Part shown: piece by piece, positions 1 to 9,724 of the stretch
Layout of the letters: every line of letters begins with the position of its first letter
Position numbering within the stretch: position 1 is the first letter of the stretch
Assembly: GCA_033762115.1 (NCBI GenBank)
Contig: JANRLX010000124.1
Coordinates: forward strand, 1 to 40,372
DNA length: 40,372 nt
DNA from: Verrucomicrobiota bacterium
Lineage (GTDB): Bacteria; Verrucomicrobiota; Verrucomicrobiia; Limisphaerales; SXQI01
Direction: 5' to 3'
The notes under the pieces: model-generated
Database searches by the model: none
Seen by the model: the letters and a program-made list of their open reading frames with translations, nothing else
What the model was told of the DNA's origin: nothing
Position numbers and translations under genes: made by a program

Positions 1-1
1 C

Positions 2-1972
2 CCCTCATTCAACGCTGTCATTGAACTATCGTCCGGACTCTTTGGAAATGAGCAGGTCAGAAAAATCCCAGTGGAACTCCCCACAAATACCCGAAAACGG
101 ATTATCATCCCGGTATTTTCCCCCGGCCGATATGATTCTCAATGGAATGCCCGGCTCCGCGATTTTTCAGGAAAGGTACGCCAGGAAGTTCTGAATGTTT
201 CGACGAAATCATTGGCTTGGGAAAGTCGGTTGATGGGCGCTTTGCCGAGAACGTTCTCGGGAATTCCAACCCTGCCTCAGATCAAACCTTCCAGCAAAGA
301 ACTCCAGCCCCAGGTGGCGAGATTTCAACCCGATCATTTTCCGGACAATCCCATCGCATTGGATGGATTGGATCTTCTCTATATTAATTCGGAAAAGGCC
401 ATTGAGTTGTCAGTCAATCAAGTGGGCGCGATTTTAGGTTGGGTGCGCGGCGGTGGCCATTTGGTCCTTGTGGTCGAGCAGTTGAATGACGTGAATTCCA
501 CTCCCTGGCTCCAGCAGTTTCTTCCAATGGAACTGACCGCAATTTCCAATCACAAGATTGATCAGGCTGTGGATCAATGGTTAAGAAGCCCGCGGGAGAG
601 CAAAAAGGAAGTAATTCCGCTGGTCGTCGGAGGGGCAATGGATGAACAGGATTATTCAGTTTACTCATCTCTTTCAACGGATAGTGCTTTCAACAATGCT
701 GAAATGCCTGTTGCAACCGGATCACTCCGGGATGGGACCCCAGTGATTTCTGTGGATGGAGTGCCTTTGGTGGTCCGGGCACCCCGCGGCAGAGGGTGGA
801 TCACCCTACTGACCTTTAGCCCTGAACGGGAACCGTTTCGTTCCTGGAAAAATCGTGGACATTTTTGGGCCCGCACCCTCGGCGTGCCGACACGATGGCT
901 TTCTTCCAATGACATGAATTACTCACAACGATTAAGTTCCGATGGGGTATTTGGTGCGCTGATTGACAGTCGTCAGGTAAAGAAGCTGCCGATCGAATGG
1001 CTTCTCCTTCTTTTGATCATTTATCTCATTGTCATTGGACCTTTTGATCGTTGGTGGTTGCAGAAAATAAACCGCCAGATGCTTACCTGGATTACTTTCC
1101 CCAGTTATGTCGTCCTCTTCTCATTACTGATTTACTTTATCGGTTACAAACTTCGTGCGGGAAACACGGAGTGGAACGAATTGCAGTTTGTTGATATCCT
1201 GCCACGCGGAGATCGCGCTGATTTGAGGGGCAGGACGTTTACCTCGGTCTATTCATCCGAAAATGCCAGTTACCCTCTCGCCAGCGAAGCCATTCCCTCC
1301 AGTTTACGCGGAGAAAGCCATCAATACGGAGCAGGCCGCGAAGCCAATCGAGCTTCCATTCAACATGTGGGCAACGGCTTCAATGCTGAAATTTATGTCC
1401 CTGTCTGGACAAGCTTATTTTACGCACAGGATTGGTATAAATCAGAGAACCGGCCTTTCCATGCTGAAGTCTCCCAAAAAGAAGACGGTTACCTGGTCAA
1501 AATGGAAAATTTTCTGGATCGCCCCTTGACTGAAATTCGGATCATGCTTGACGAAGTCGTTTTTGAGGTGGGAACCCTCGCCCCCTCAGAGAAAAAAGAA
1601 ATCCTCCTGAAAACTTCAATGGGTAATCCTCTGCGCATCTTTGTCCAGCAAAACGGCGCCTATTTTCAACGGGCAGTTGACACACGGAACAATTCGTTCG
1701 GAGATAACAGCAGTGGGCGGTTGGAAAACCGGCCACTCACCTCGGCAGTCATTTCCTTTATTAGCTTTTTGAACGAAGGTTCCAGCAGCACCAAATTCAT
1801 TTTCCCCGCAGGGTTGGATCTAACTTCTCAAGTCCTGAGAGGCGATGCGGCTGTTCTGGCCTGGGATGCCGGACATGCTTACACACAGCCACTCAATCAG
1901 TTCACACCGCCTGTAATGAAACGGGACTCACTCCTTCGGTTGGTTATCCCCGTCAAACGCTCCACCATTTGA
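2..1972 (+). CDS. 5'-truncated membrane-anchored protein of an ABC-2 transporter locus (possible class I GATase-like domain, two TM helices, extracytoplasmic C-terminus)
   Basis: Frame is open from base 2 (PSFNAVIELSSG...) through the ORF-track GTG at 71, so the true start lies outside the window. LDGLDLLYIN..WVRGGGHLVL resembles a GATase-like fold. Hydrophobic segments WLLLLLIIYLIVIGP and WITFPSYVVLFSLLIYFIG. Abuts the ABC ATPase gene. Confidence 0.65.
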   Translation, partial: PSFNAVIELSSGLFGNEQVRKIPVELPTNTRKRIIIPVFSPGRYDSQWNARLRDFSGKVRQEVLNVSTKSLAWESRLMGALPRTFSGIPTLPQIKPSSKELQPQVARFQPDHFPDNPIALDGLDLLYINSEKAIELSVNQVGAILGWVRGGGHLVLVVEQLNDVNSTPWLQQFLPMELTAISNHKIDQAVDQWLRSPRESKKEVIPLVVGGAMDEQDYSVYSSLSTDSAFNNAEMPVATGSLRDGTPVISVDGVPLVVRAPRGRGWITLLTFSPEREPFRSWKNRGHFWARTLGVPTRWLSSNDMNYSQRLSSDGVFGALIDSRQVKKLPIEWLLLLLIIYLIVIGPFDRWWLQKINRQMLTWITFPSYVVLFSLLIYFIGYKLRAGNTEWNELQFVDILPRGDRADLRGRTFTSVYSSENASYPLASEAIPSSLRGESHQYGAGREANRASIQHVGNGFNAEIYVPVWTSLFYAQDWYKSENRPFHAEVSQKEDGYLVKMENFLDRPLTEIRIMLDEVVFEVGTLAPSEKKEILLKTSMGNPLRIFVQQNGAYFQRAVDTRNNSFGDNSSGRLENRPLTSAVISFISFLNEGSSSTKFIFPAGLDLTSQVLRGDAAVLAWDAGHAYTQPLNQFTPPVMKRDSLLRLVIPVKRSTI

Positions 1973-1974
1973 TT

Positions 1975-2976
1975 ATGAGCAATCCCCCTCCAGTTCTGAC
2001 TTCTTCTTCAACCACAATCCCCCCGGCGCAATCTGGACAGCCGGCGCCAGCAGTCCAAACAGTAAACCTGACGCGGGCATATGGCTCCATGGTTGCGTTG
2101 AACTCGTTGAACTTAACAGTCAACCGTGGTGATCTGTTCGGTTTTATCGGTTCGAACGGTGCTGGAAAAACAACGACGCTCAGGATTCTTGCCACGTTCC
2201 TTGCTCCTTCCAGTGGAACCGCAAATGTGCTTGGGCATGACGTTGTTCGCGATGCCGATGCAGTTCGACATGTGATTGGGTATATGCCCGATTTTTTTGG
2301 TGTTTATAAGGACATGGAAGTGACCGAGTACCTGGATTTCTTCGGTGCCTGTTATAAAATCCCATCAAATCAAAGGGAAAAGACGGTCAATGATGTTCTC
2401 GAACTGGTTGGTTTGTCCGAAAAACGTGGCGCTTTGATAGGTGCATTAAGCCGCGGGATGCAACAACGGCTCGGGTTGGCGCGCGTTTTGATCCATGATC
2501 CTCAGTTGCTTCTACTCGATGAGCCGGCAAGCGGTCTCGATCCTCGGGCACGCATCGAAATGATGGCAATCCTCCAGGAACTCCAACGTTTGGGTAAGAC
2601 CATCATCATCTCTTCCCATATTTTGAGTGAATTACAGACCCTTTGCAATCGGGTCGCAATTATTGAAAAAGGTAAATTGATCTACAGCGGCCCTGTGCAA
2701 GGTGTGCGGGATCAAATGGCTCCCGGCTGTGTTTATTGGGTCAGCGTCAAGACAGACACAGAAAAAGTCGTGGAGCTTCTTAAAAGCAGGGCTGAAGTCG
2801 CTGAGGCAGCAGTAGTGGATGGGCAGATCAAAGTGACACTCAATGGCCATGAAACCGATCCCACCTTCATTCCGGAAGCTCTTGTGCATGCCGGATTCAA
2901 ACTGACCGGCATGTGGGAGGATGAACTGGGCTTGGAAGAGGTTTTTCTCAGAGTGACTCGGGGAGAAACACAATGA
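1975..2976 (+). CDS. ABC transporter ATP-binding protein (ABC-2/multidrug type)
   Basis: Walker A GSNGAGKTT, Q-loop region GYMPD, signature LSRGMQQR, Walker B LLLLDEP, H-loop SSH. ATG at 1975 preferred over TTG at 1969. Confidence 0.95.
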   Translation: MSNPPPVLTSSSTTIPPAQSGQPAPAVQTVNLTRAYGSMVALNSLNLTVNRGDLFGFIGSNGAGKTTTLRILATFLAPSSGTANVLGHDVVRDADAVRHVIGYMPDFFGVYKDMEVTEYLDFFGACYKIPSNQREKTVNDVLELVGLSEKRGALIGALSRGMQQRLGLARVLIHDPQLLLLDEPASGLDPRARIEMMAILQELQRLGKTIIISSHILSELQTLCNRVAIIEKGKLIYSGPVQGVRDQMAPGCVYWVSVKTDTEKVVELLKSRAEVAEAAVVDGQIKVTLNGHETDPTFIPEALVHAGFKLTGMWEDELGLEEVFLRVTRGETQ

Positions 2977-2979
2977 GGG

Positions 2980-4578
2980 ATGCAGGCCTGGACTGTCATT
3001 GCCAGGGAATTACGTGCCCAATCCCGCCAGAATTGGAATTATCATATACGCGTCCTCACCACGACTGCACTGCTGATTTGTTTCAGTTTATACTTTGTCG
3101 CGAATGATCGCAGTAAAAGCGACGGTCGGCTGCTCTTTATGATTCTCCATGCAGCAACTGTAATCATGTTGCTTTTGGTAATTCCTCTGCTGGTCGCAGA
3201 CACTTTCAGCCGCGAACGAAGGGAAGGAACACTTGGTCTCCTTTTTCTGACACCGCTTAAGTCAATGGATATCGCAACCGGGAAGATTTTTGCCCAGCTT
3301 TGGCGTGCTTTGTCCGTATGGTTATGCACCTTTCCTTTGTTTACGATCCCTGTGCTGATGGGCGGGTTGGAGTGGCATAATATCGCCCAAAGCATCACTA
3401 TTCAGTTCGTCGCTTTTTGCGCCGCTGTCGCGGGGGGAATGGTTGCCTCCTGTCTGACCACCAGCGGTATCGCCGTCCTCTTCATTGCAGAGATTTTTGC
3501 TCTTGGATTCGCAAAATTTTTAGGAATCGTCCTGCTCCTGCCTCTTTTAATCACTTTTTCAAACCTTCATTGGCATTCACTCGGCATGCTGTGGGGAGAA
3601 CTCGTTTTCAATTCCAGACAACTTCACGAGACCTTGTTTTTAAATGCACCTCACATTTACTATGTTGTGCCTGCATATTCAATGCTGTGCGGCCTGTTGG
3701 CATTGCTCGGGGCAATCCTCTTCTCCAGTTTCAGGTTAAAAAGAATTAATCGCATCGGCATCCAATCTGTATTGATGGAGAAATGGAAAAAGGCATTTTT
3801 CACTCCACGGTTCCTCCTGGGTGTTTTTAAATCCCGATTGCATAAATCGCTGCAAAAGAACCCCATCTCATGGCTCGAGCAACGAACCGCCTCTGCACGC
3901 CTGGCAAAATGGGGGTGGTTTGCCTTGATTCTCCTGGGTGAAACCTATTGCGCAATGACCTACGGAACGGCGCAAGCCGGTTCGTACCTTCAACTGGTCT
4001 ACGGCTTTTTAATTATCGCAGGCATGGCGCTCTCAGCTTCCATCAGCTTCAGGGAGGAACGACAGAACGGAGCACTTGAATTGATCATGGTCACTCCCCT
4101 GACTATCATGCAAATTATTGGCGGCAGAATCCTGGGACTGTACAAGTTGTTTTTACCCGCGGTGCTGCTTTATCTTTTTTCACGTTACTTTCTTGATCCG
4201 AAATTTGTGCACAGTTGGGTGCCTAATCATGAATCGAACTGGTCTTTTCTCGTTGCCTATTTTAGCACACCTATCGTCGCCTTTGCGCTGAGCATGCGAT
4301 TATCAAAATTTAGCTCGGTGTGGTTTTTCACCATAATGGGAACCATTTTGCTGCCATGGGCCAGTTCTTTTCTTGTCGAAATGGGAAAATTTCTGTTGAT
4401 CAATTTTGTTCCGAAAGTTGCGGCCATGATTCTTGCTCCAGGCTATTCAAGCCTTGATGCGAGCAATAGCTACGAAGTGGACCTGCAACTGGCGATTATG
4501 ATCATCGCTGCTGCCTATCTTTTCACAACCATGCGTAATCGCTCTTTTGTGGAACGCTTCACCAAAGCAGCAGCGTGA
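2980..4578 (+). CDS. ABC-2 type permease with two internal permease repeats
   Basis: Highly hydrophobic. N-terminal VIARELR. Two copies of the ABC-2 motif: FSRERREGTLGLLFLTPL and FREERQNGALELIMVTPL. Starts 3 nt after the ATPase stop. Confidence 0.85.
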   Translation: MQAWTVIARELRAQSRQNWNYHIRVLTTTALLICFSLYFVANDRSKSDGRLLFMILHAATVIMLLLVIPLLVADTFSRERREGTLGLLFLTPLKSMDIATGKIFAQLWRALSVWLCTFPLFTIPVLMGGLEWHNIAQSITIQFVAFCAAVAGGMVASCLTTSGIAVLFIAEIFALGFAKFLGIVLLLPLLITFSNLHWHSLGMLWGELVFNSRQLHETLFLNAPHIYYVVPAYSMLCGLLALLGAILFSSFRLKRINRIGIQSVLMEKWKKAFFTPRFLLGVFKSRLHKSLQKNPISWLEQRTASARLAKWGWFALILLGETYCAMTYGTAQAGSYLQLVYGFLIIAGMALSASISFREERQNGALELIMVTPLTIMQIIGGRILGLYKLFLPAVLLYLFSRYFLDPKFVHSWVPNHESNWSFLVAYFSTPIVAFALSMRLSKFSSVWFFTIMGTILLPWASSFLVEMGKFLLINFVPKVAAMILAPGYSSLDASNSYEVDLQLAIMIIAAAYLFTTMRNRSFVERFTKAAA

Positions 4579-5370
4579 TCAGGCAAGAATCTCCCGAACT
4601 TTCGACGAGACATTCCCGTCCCGCATTAAAGTCTCCCCCACCAAAATGGCTTTGGCTCCCGCTTTTTCCAGCCGTTGCACATCCGCACGCGATTTAATTC
4701 CACTTTCCGCAACGAGCATCACCTCAGGGAATTTGTTTATCTTCGCTGCCAACCGTTCGGTGACAGCGAGATCGACTGTAAATGTTTTAAGATCGCGATT
4801 GTTCACTCCGATAACTGTTGCACCGGAATTCAAAGCTCTATCCAACTCAAGTTCATCATGCACTTCGACCAATGCAGTCAATCCGACTGATTCAGCAGCC
4901 AGACGGAACCGTTGCAATTGGTCATCCGTTAAAATGGCGGCAATCAACAGGACTGCGTCAGCCCCCCACTCAATGGCCTCAAGAATCTGCCGTTCATGAA
5001 TAATGAAATCCTTTCGCAACAATGGAAGGGCAACTGCTTCGCGGACCGACTTAAGAAACTCCAACGAACCTTGAAAGTATTGCACATCAGTGAGGACTGA
5101 TAAGCAATCAGCCCCAGCCAGCTCATACTGTCTGGCAATGCGAACAGCATCAAAATCAGGAGAGATAATTCCAGCTGATGGCGAAGCTTTCTTGATTTCA
5201 GCGATCAATCCGACTTTGCCGACTTTAGGAAAGAGCAGTGCTGATTTAAAATTGCGTCGCGGTCCAAAACCTTTCACAGCCCATGCGAGACGATCCGCAG
5301 TGGCTGGCCGGCTTTCCAGCACCGCGATTTCCTGCTTCTTCGTTTCGACGATTTTTTCCAGGATATTCAA
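4579..5370 (-). CDS. trpC: Indole-3-glycerol phosphate synthase
   Basis: LIAEIKKASPSAG, LSVLTD..YFQGS, LRKDFI, GADAVLLI, LVEVH, GVNNRDL, VAESGI, ILVGETLM. TTG start. Confidence 0.97.
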   Translation of the reverse strand: MNILEKIVETKKQEIAVLESRPATADRLAWAVKGFGPRRNFKSALLFPKVGKVGLIAEIKKASPSAGIISPDFDAVRIARQYELAGADCLSVLTDVQYFQGSLEFLKSVREAVALPLLRKDFIIHERQILEAIEWGADAVLLIAAILTDDQLQRFRLAAESVGLTALVEVHDELELDRALNSGATVIGVNNRDLKTFTVDLAVTERLAAKINKFPEVMLVAESGIKSRADVQRLEKAGAKAILVGETLMRDGNVSSKVREILA

Positions 5371-5375
5371 AGCGA

Positions 5376-6522
5376 TTACTCCTCTTCCTCTTTGACTCCG
5401 GGCATTCGTTTCATGGGCCCACCCGCCCGCAACCAGCCATGGACAAATTCATCCAGGTCTCCATCCATGACTCCTTGAACATCGCTGGTTTGGATCCCGG
5501 TGCGCAGATCCTTTACCATTCGATAAGGCTGAAAAACATAGCTGCGGATTTGATTCCCCCAGGAAACGCTTCCCTTTTCACCGTAAAAACGTTCCATTTC
5601 AGCTTTTTGAGCGTCCAGTCGCTGGGCATAAATTTTTGATATCAGCATTTTCATGGCCGTTGCCCGATTCTGATGCTGGGAACGCTGATTTTGAGACGCC
5701 GCAACAATCCCCGTTGGAAGGTGAGTGATGCGAACTGCTGTTTCCACTTTGTTCACGTTCTGCCCCCCTTTGCCACCCGAACGATAAGTATCCACCTGCA
5801 ATTCGCTTGGCGGGATCTCAATCTCCTCATTTACCTCCTCGATTTCCGCGATCACGTCTACACTGGCAAAACTGGTGTGACGCCGCTTGTTGGAATCAAA
5901 TGGAGAGATTCGCACCAGTCGATGCACTCCGCGCTCCGCCTTGCAGAACCCATAGGCGTTTTCACCTCTTATAATCAGGGTAACGCTTTTAATCCCTGCA
6001 GTTTCTCCCGGAAGAGCATCCGAAACTTCGATTTCCCAGCCCCGATTTTCGGCCCATCGCTGATACATTCGCATCAGCATGCTGGCCCAGTCACAAGATT
6101 CTGTTCCTCCGGCGCCTGCGTTGATGCTGAAGATGCAATTATTTTTATCGTGTGGCCCCTGAAGAAATACTTTCAGTTCCAAAGCTTCCAATTCGCGGGA
6201 AAACTTCTTGAGGTCACGTTCAAGTTCCTGTTCCAAGCGGGTCTGCTCAGCGGGAGGTTCCCCTTCGCCGAGCTCCACCATGATTTTGAAATCTTCGAAT
6301 TGCTTTTCAGCGCTGATCAGTGGATCAACCTTTTTTCGAAGCAATGCCGCTTCATCAATCAATTTCTGGGCCTGGTCCCGATTATTCCAGAATGTCTCGC
6401 CAGCCATCAGAGCGTCCAGTTCGGCCTGCCGTTTTTGTGCGCTCGGCACGTCAAAGAAACCTCCGTAGGTGAGCAAGCTTATCGCCAGCGGTCATTAATT
6501 GAGCTTTGATCGGTTCGAACAT
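5376..6522 (-). CDS. prfB: Peptide chain release factor 2, decoded by programmed +1 frameshift (segments 6522-6454 and 6452-5376)
   Basis: ATG at 6522 encodes [23 protein letters not shown], then CTT-TGA-C; the +1 frame continues DVPSAQKRQ. Contains GAGGTES, the RF2-specific SPF motif (RLVRISPFD), GGQ (GGKGGQNVN) and WGNQIRSY. Confidence 0.97.
6450..6464 (-). promoter_or_regulatory. prfB autoregulatory frameshift site (internal Shine-Dalgarno + CTT TGA C)
   Basis: Minus strand reads GGAGG-TTT-CTT-TGA-C: SD at 6464-6460, 3 nt upstream of the slippery CTT (6456-6454) and TGA (6453-6451). Confidence 0.95.
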
Positions 6523-6599
6523 AAGCGCTGCAATTTACGCAACCTATGCTGGATGTCATCCAAGAAATCATACCTCCTCGGCTAAATCACTCGAATCTG

Positions 6600-9059
6600 C
6601 TATTGGCCTGAGGAGAGAATCTGACGGGACAACGTGATTGCTTCCCTGGCTGCTTCCGAAAGCTGGGACCGTTCTTTCAAGGTTTGATAATAAATGAAAT
6701 GAATGCGTGTCTCTGATGCAATTTGCGCCAACTGTTTCAACAATTCCAAATTTCGTTCCGAAGAAGGCATGAGGAAGATTTTTTCGGCCAGGGACAAGGC
6801 GGCGACAGGATCATTTTGGTTCTCCACCCAATTTTTGCTGATCTGCTCGTAACTGCCGGAAGTTGGGAAAGCCCGGGTTAAATTTTCAAACTGCGGAGAT
6901 CTTCCCCATAAAATTTCAGCACTATCAACGACCTCTTGAAGATGATTCAATTGCAGTAATGCCTCCATTTTCAATAGCCGGGCTGAAGAGGTTTCATTGG
7001 TGGCCAGGAGCGTCAGGACTCGTTCTGGTTGTTTGGCCGATAACAATTTCTGGGCTGCTTTAACAGGAGTAAGATCATTTAATATTTGCCCGTAAGCCGC
7101 TGCTGCAAGGCCGAACAAGTTCTTGGAAACTGCGTAATCGCCCAATGTTTCCAAACCGGAAAGAGTAGCAGGAGTTATCTGCCAGAGAAGATCGGTATCA
7201 GGTGAGATTCTGGAGGCCAGTTCAAGACCGGATCTCAAGATCTCGGGATTGCGACCTCCAACTTTTTTTAAAAGCTCAATGGCAATTTGAGGATGCCGAA
7301 TTGCGAGGGCTTGGGCCAACTGCAAGGGCAGACGCGGTTGTAATGGGTTCAAATGAAGTAGATTCAGGCATTCCTCAGATTTTATCTGGGCAGGCAAATG
7401 GGCACTCAGAAAGAGCAACCGTTCCAGACGCAACTCCCAGTTCAATGGATCAAGTCTGGCAAATCCATCGAATCTTAGGAGTATCTCCTTCGCTTGAGCT
7501 TCAGACATTGAAGTTCCTTGCGCTTCTGAAGAGAGGCGAATCCAGCCTAATAACGATTTACTGTTTGCAGGCCAGAAATTAAGTGACCGCCGCATGCATT
7601 CGGCTGCTGCTGATATAGTTGTTTGACGCGGCGCCTGCCATGCCAGGTAAGCACTGACAGTTTGCATGAGCCCCACAGCGGTCAGCAGACATCCAAGCAG
7701 CACCTGACGCCTCAATAAGTTTTGATTTATAGGAGAAATGATCGGAGTTTTTTCGGAAGAGGATAGGTAGCCCATGATCGTGGCAATCAAGAATGCGTTC
7801 GCAGGAATTTGAAATGGAAATTCTACGCAAGCGTGAAGTAAAAAGAATAAGATGGCCGCTCCACCACATACGAGGATTCCATTTGGAATCAGGTCTTCAC
7901 TATCTGTTCTTTTATGAGCATCAGAATGAATCCTTCTGAAAAGTTTGAGCAAGTATTGGACAAGGAGGAAGAACATACAGAAAGCGACTGGAAACCCGAA
8001 CTCAACAATCGCCTGGATAAAATCATTTTCAGCGTGCCAGAAAGTTCCTTCTCCACCAAAAGTTTTGTGGATATTGAAGGCAGTGGCAAATGTTCCCAAT
8101 CCTGTTCCAATGAACGGATGATTTTCGGCTATTTGCCAGCTATCAGACCAGATATTGAGCTTTAGGACAGAGCGCTGTGCCAACTCCCCCGATGTTAATC
8201 GTTCCACTACAGTTTTTCCGCTAAGGATAAACACTATTGCCAGGCCAATGCCTGCAACAAACAATATTCCCCGATCTGGCGATCCTTTTTGGAGCAGAAA
8301 AATGTACACAGTGAGAAATGCGATAAGAAGGCTGAGCGCTGCGCCTCGCGACCCGCTAAGCAGGGCAGCGCTCAGGCTGGAAACAACCGCCACGGCAATG
8401 AAAAAATGTTGAATACGGGAGAACTTAAGGCTGGTGTTATTTTTGAGCTTGGAGATTCCCTGCCACAAAGCCCCCATACAAAAAAGCGCAGTAGTGCAAA
8501 GCCAATTTGCATAATGGTTTCGGTTGGCGAAGGTTCCTGCACCACTTCCCCATGAGACCTCCCACAAACCCAGGATCATTTTTTTTCCATTTAGCTGATA
8601 CCAAATGTCGGAGGCGACCAGAAGGATCGAAGCGACAGCCAAAGAAAACAGGAGGGCAGTGCTCCAATGCGGAGATTGTGCAGCCCTGCGGGAGAGAACA
8701 AAAAAGGATGTTACAAGAGCCAGATGGTGCAATCCATTTAATGATCTTCCTGAAGCATAACTGAGAGTAAACAATGTTGACCCAAGCGGATCTTCATGAA
8801 GTTTTGATAAATCGGCCCGCTTTGAGTTCAAAGCTTCCAGAACGGAGAATGGAAGAGGAATAAGCTGGAGGGAAACAATCCCGATTAAAATAAAGAAAAG
8901 CCACGGCCCTCTGTTTCGCGATTCTCTAGCTGTGCCAATCAAGGCCAACCCTATTAAAATTCCGATAATCCCCTGTCCCGCAGGTCTGACCCCTCCAAAC
9001 CAGAACGTCGAAAGAATTAGTGCGAATAACCACAGATAGTGGGCTCGCGAGGAGTTCAC
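6600..9059 (-). CDS. O-antigen ligase / Wzy_C family polytopic membrane protein with a helical (TPR-like) C-terminal region
   Basis: About 12 TM segments; GTFANRNHYA, LSGSRGA, IWSDSWQIAENHPFIGTGLGTF, HAENDFIQ..EFG, FFLLHACVEFPFQIPAN. GTG start with AGGGG upstream. Confidence 0.85.
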   Translation of the reverse strand: MNSSRAHYLWLFALILSTFWFGGVRPAGQGIIGILIGLALIGTARESRNRGPWLFFILIGIVSLQLIPLPFSVLEALNSKRADLSKLHEDPLGSTLFTLSYASGRSLNGLHHLALVTSFFVLSRRAAQSPHWSTALLFSLAVASILLVASDIWYQLNGKKMILGLWEVSWGSGAGTFANRNHYANWLCTTALFCMGALWQGISKLKNNTSLKFSRIQHFFIAVAVVSSLSAALLSGSRGAALSLLIAFLTVYIFLLQKGSPDRGILFVAGIGLAIVFILSGKTVVERLTSGELAQRSVLKLNIWSDSWQIAENHPFIGTGLGTFATAFNIHKTFGGEGTFWHAENDFIQAIVEFGFPVAFCMFFLLVQYLLKLFRRIHSDAHKRTDSEDLIPNGILVCGGAAILFFLLHACVEFPFQIPANAFLIATIMGYLSSSEKTPIISPINQNLLRRQVLLGCLLTAVGLMQTVSAYLAWQAPRQTTISAAAECMRRSLNFWPANSKSLLGWIRLSSEAQGTSMSEAQAKEILLRFDGFARLDPLNWELRLERLLFLSAHLPAQIKSEECLNLLHLNPLQPRLPLQLAQALAIRHPQIAIELLKKVGGRNPEILRSGLELASRISPDTDLLWQITPATLSGLETLGDYAVSKNLFGLAAAAYGQILNDLTPVKAAQKLLSAKQPERVLTLLATNETSSARLLKMEALLQLNHLQEVVDSAEILWGRSPQFENLTRAFPTSGSYEQISKNWVENQNDPVAALSLAEKIFLMPSSERNLELLKQLAQIASETRIHFIYYQTLKERSQLSEAAREAITLSRQILSSGQ

Positions 9060-9282
9060 TCAGGTTTTCCCCTGAGCGTTCTCAGGGATTTTACGAGGGG
9101 TAAGTTCGTAGTTATCCCGGATTGAATCCAATCCCCATCTGAATAACTTACAGTAGAACCCATAAAGTATTTGCTCGAACAGTCCGATATTACGAGCAAG
9201 GAACAGATAATATGATTGTGTACATTCTTAGCGCCTGGTTTTTGCTGCTGATCTCGTCGGTGGCTCTCACGCGCAGCAACGC

Positions 9283-9720
9283 CTAATTTTTGGGACGTTC
9301 CATTTTAAGAGTCCCAGTTTCGTAACTGGACTTATAAGTGGAAAAAAAACGTTCAGGGGTAATCGTTCCGCTGTAAGTGTAAAGTCCGCCAGCCAATTTT
9401 CCGAGGTCTTCTTCCCCAGTAAATTCGAAATTTCCGTTACTGTTCGTCCCTTTTAGCTGTACTGAATACCCGAAGCTAAGGATTCTTTTGTACTTTGCAT
9501 GGAAATCCGCTCGGTAGGTTTGTTGATCAATTTTTGTTAACAGGCAGCGCAATTTACCACCATGGCTTTCATCTTCATTCATCCAGCGACCTTCCCATGG
9601 ACCGGTGATGTCCTGAGCAGGTATGGGATTTTTCAGGGCAGCTTTCCATTCCTTATTAAAGCTCGAGCAGCCTGTAACCAGCAGGACTGCGGAAAGCATT
9701 ATTGAATTGAGTAATCGCAT
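9283..9720 (-). CDS. Hypothetical lipoprotein (small beta-rich domain)
   Basis: Signal MRLLNSIMLSAVLLVTG|C with lipobox VTGC; starts 4 nt after the stop of the large heme protein. Confidence 0.75.
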   Translation of the reverse strand: MRLLNSIMLSAVLLVTGCSSFNKEWKAALKNPIPAQDITGPWEGRWMNEDESHGGKLRCLLTKIDQQTYRADFHAKYKRILSFGYSVQLKGTNSNGNFEFTGEEDLGKLAGGLYTYSGTITPERFFSTYKSSYETGTLKMERPKN

Positions 9721-9724
9721 TTTT

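Noticed and set aside
5376..6476. prfB as a truncated gene or pseudogene starting at TTG 6476
   Set aside because: Explained by the programmed +1 frameshift from ATG 6522.
5673..6509. 278-aa plus-strand ORF
   Set aside because: Entirely antisense to the conserved prfB, with no recognisable motifs; a shadow ORF.
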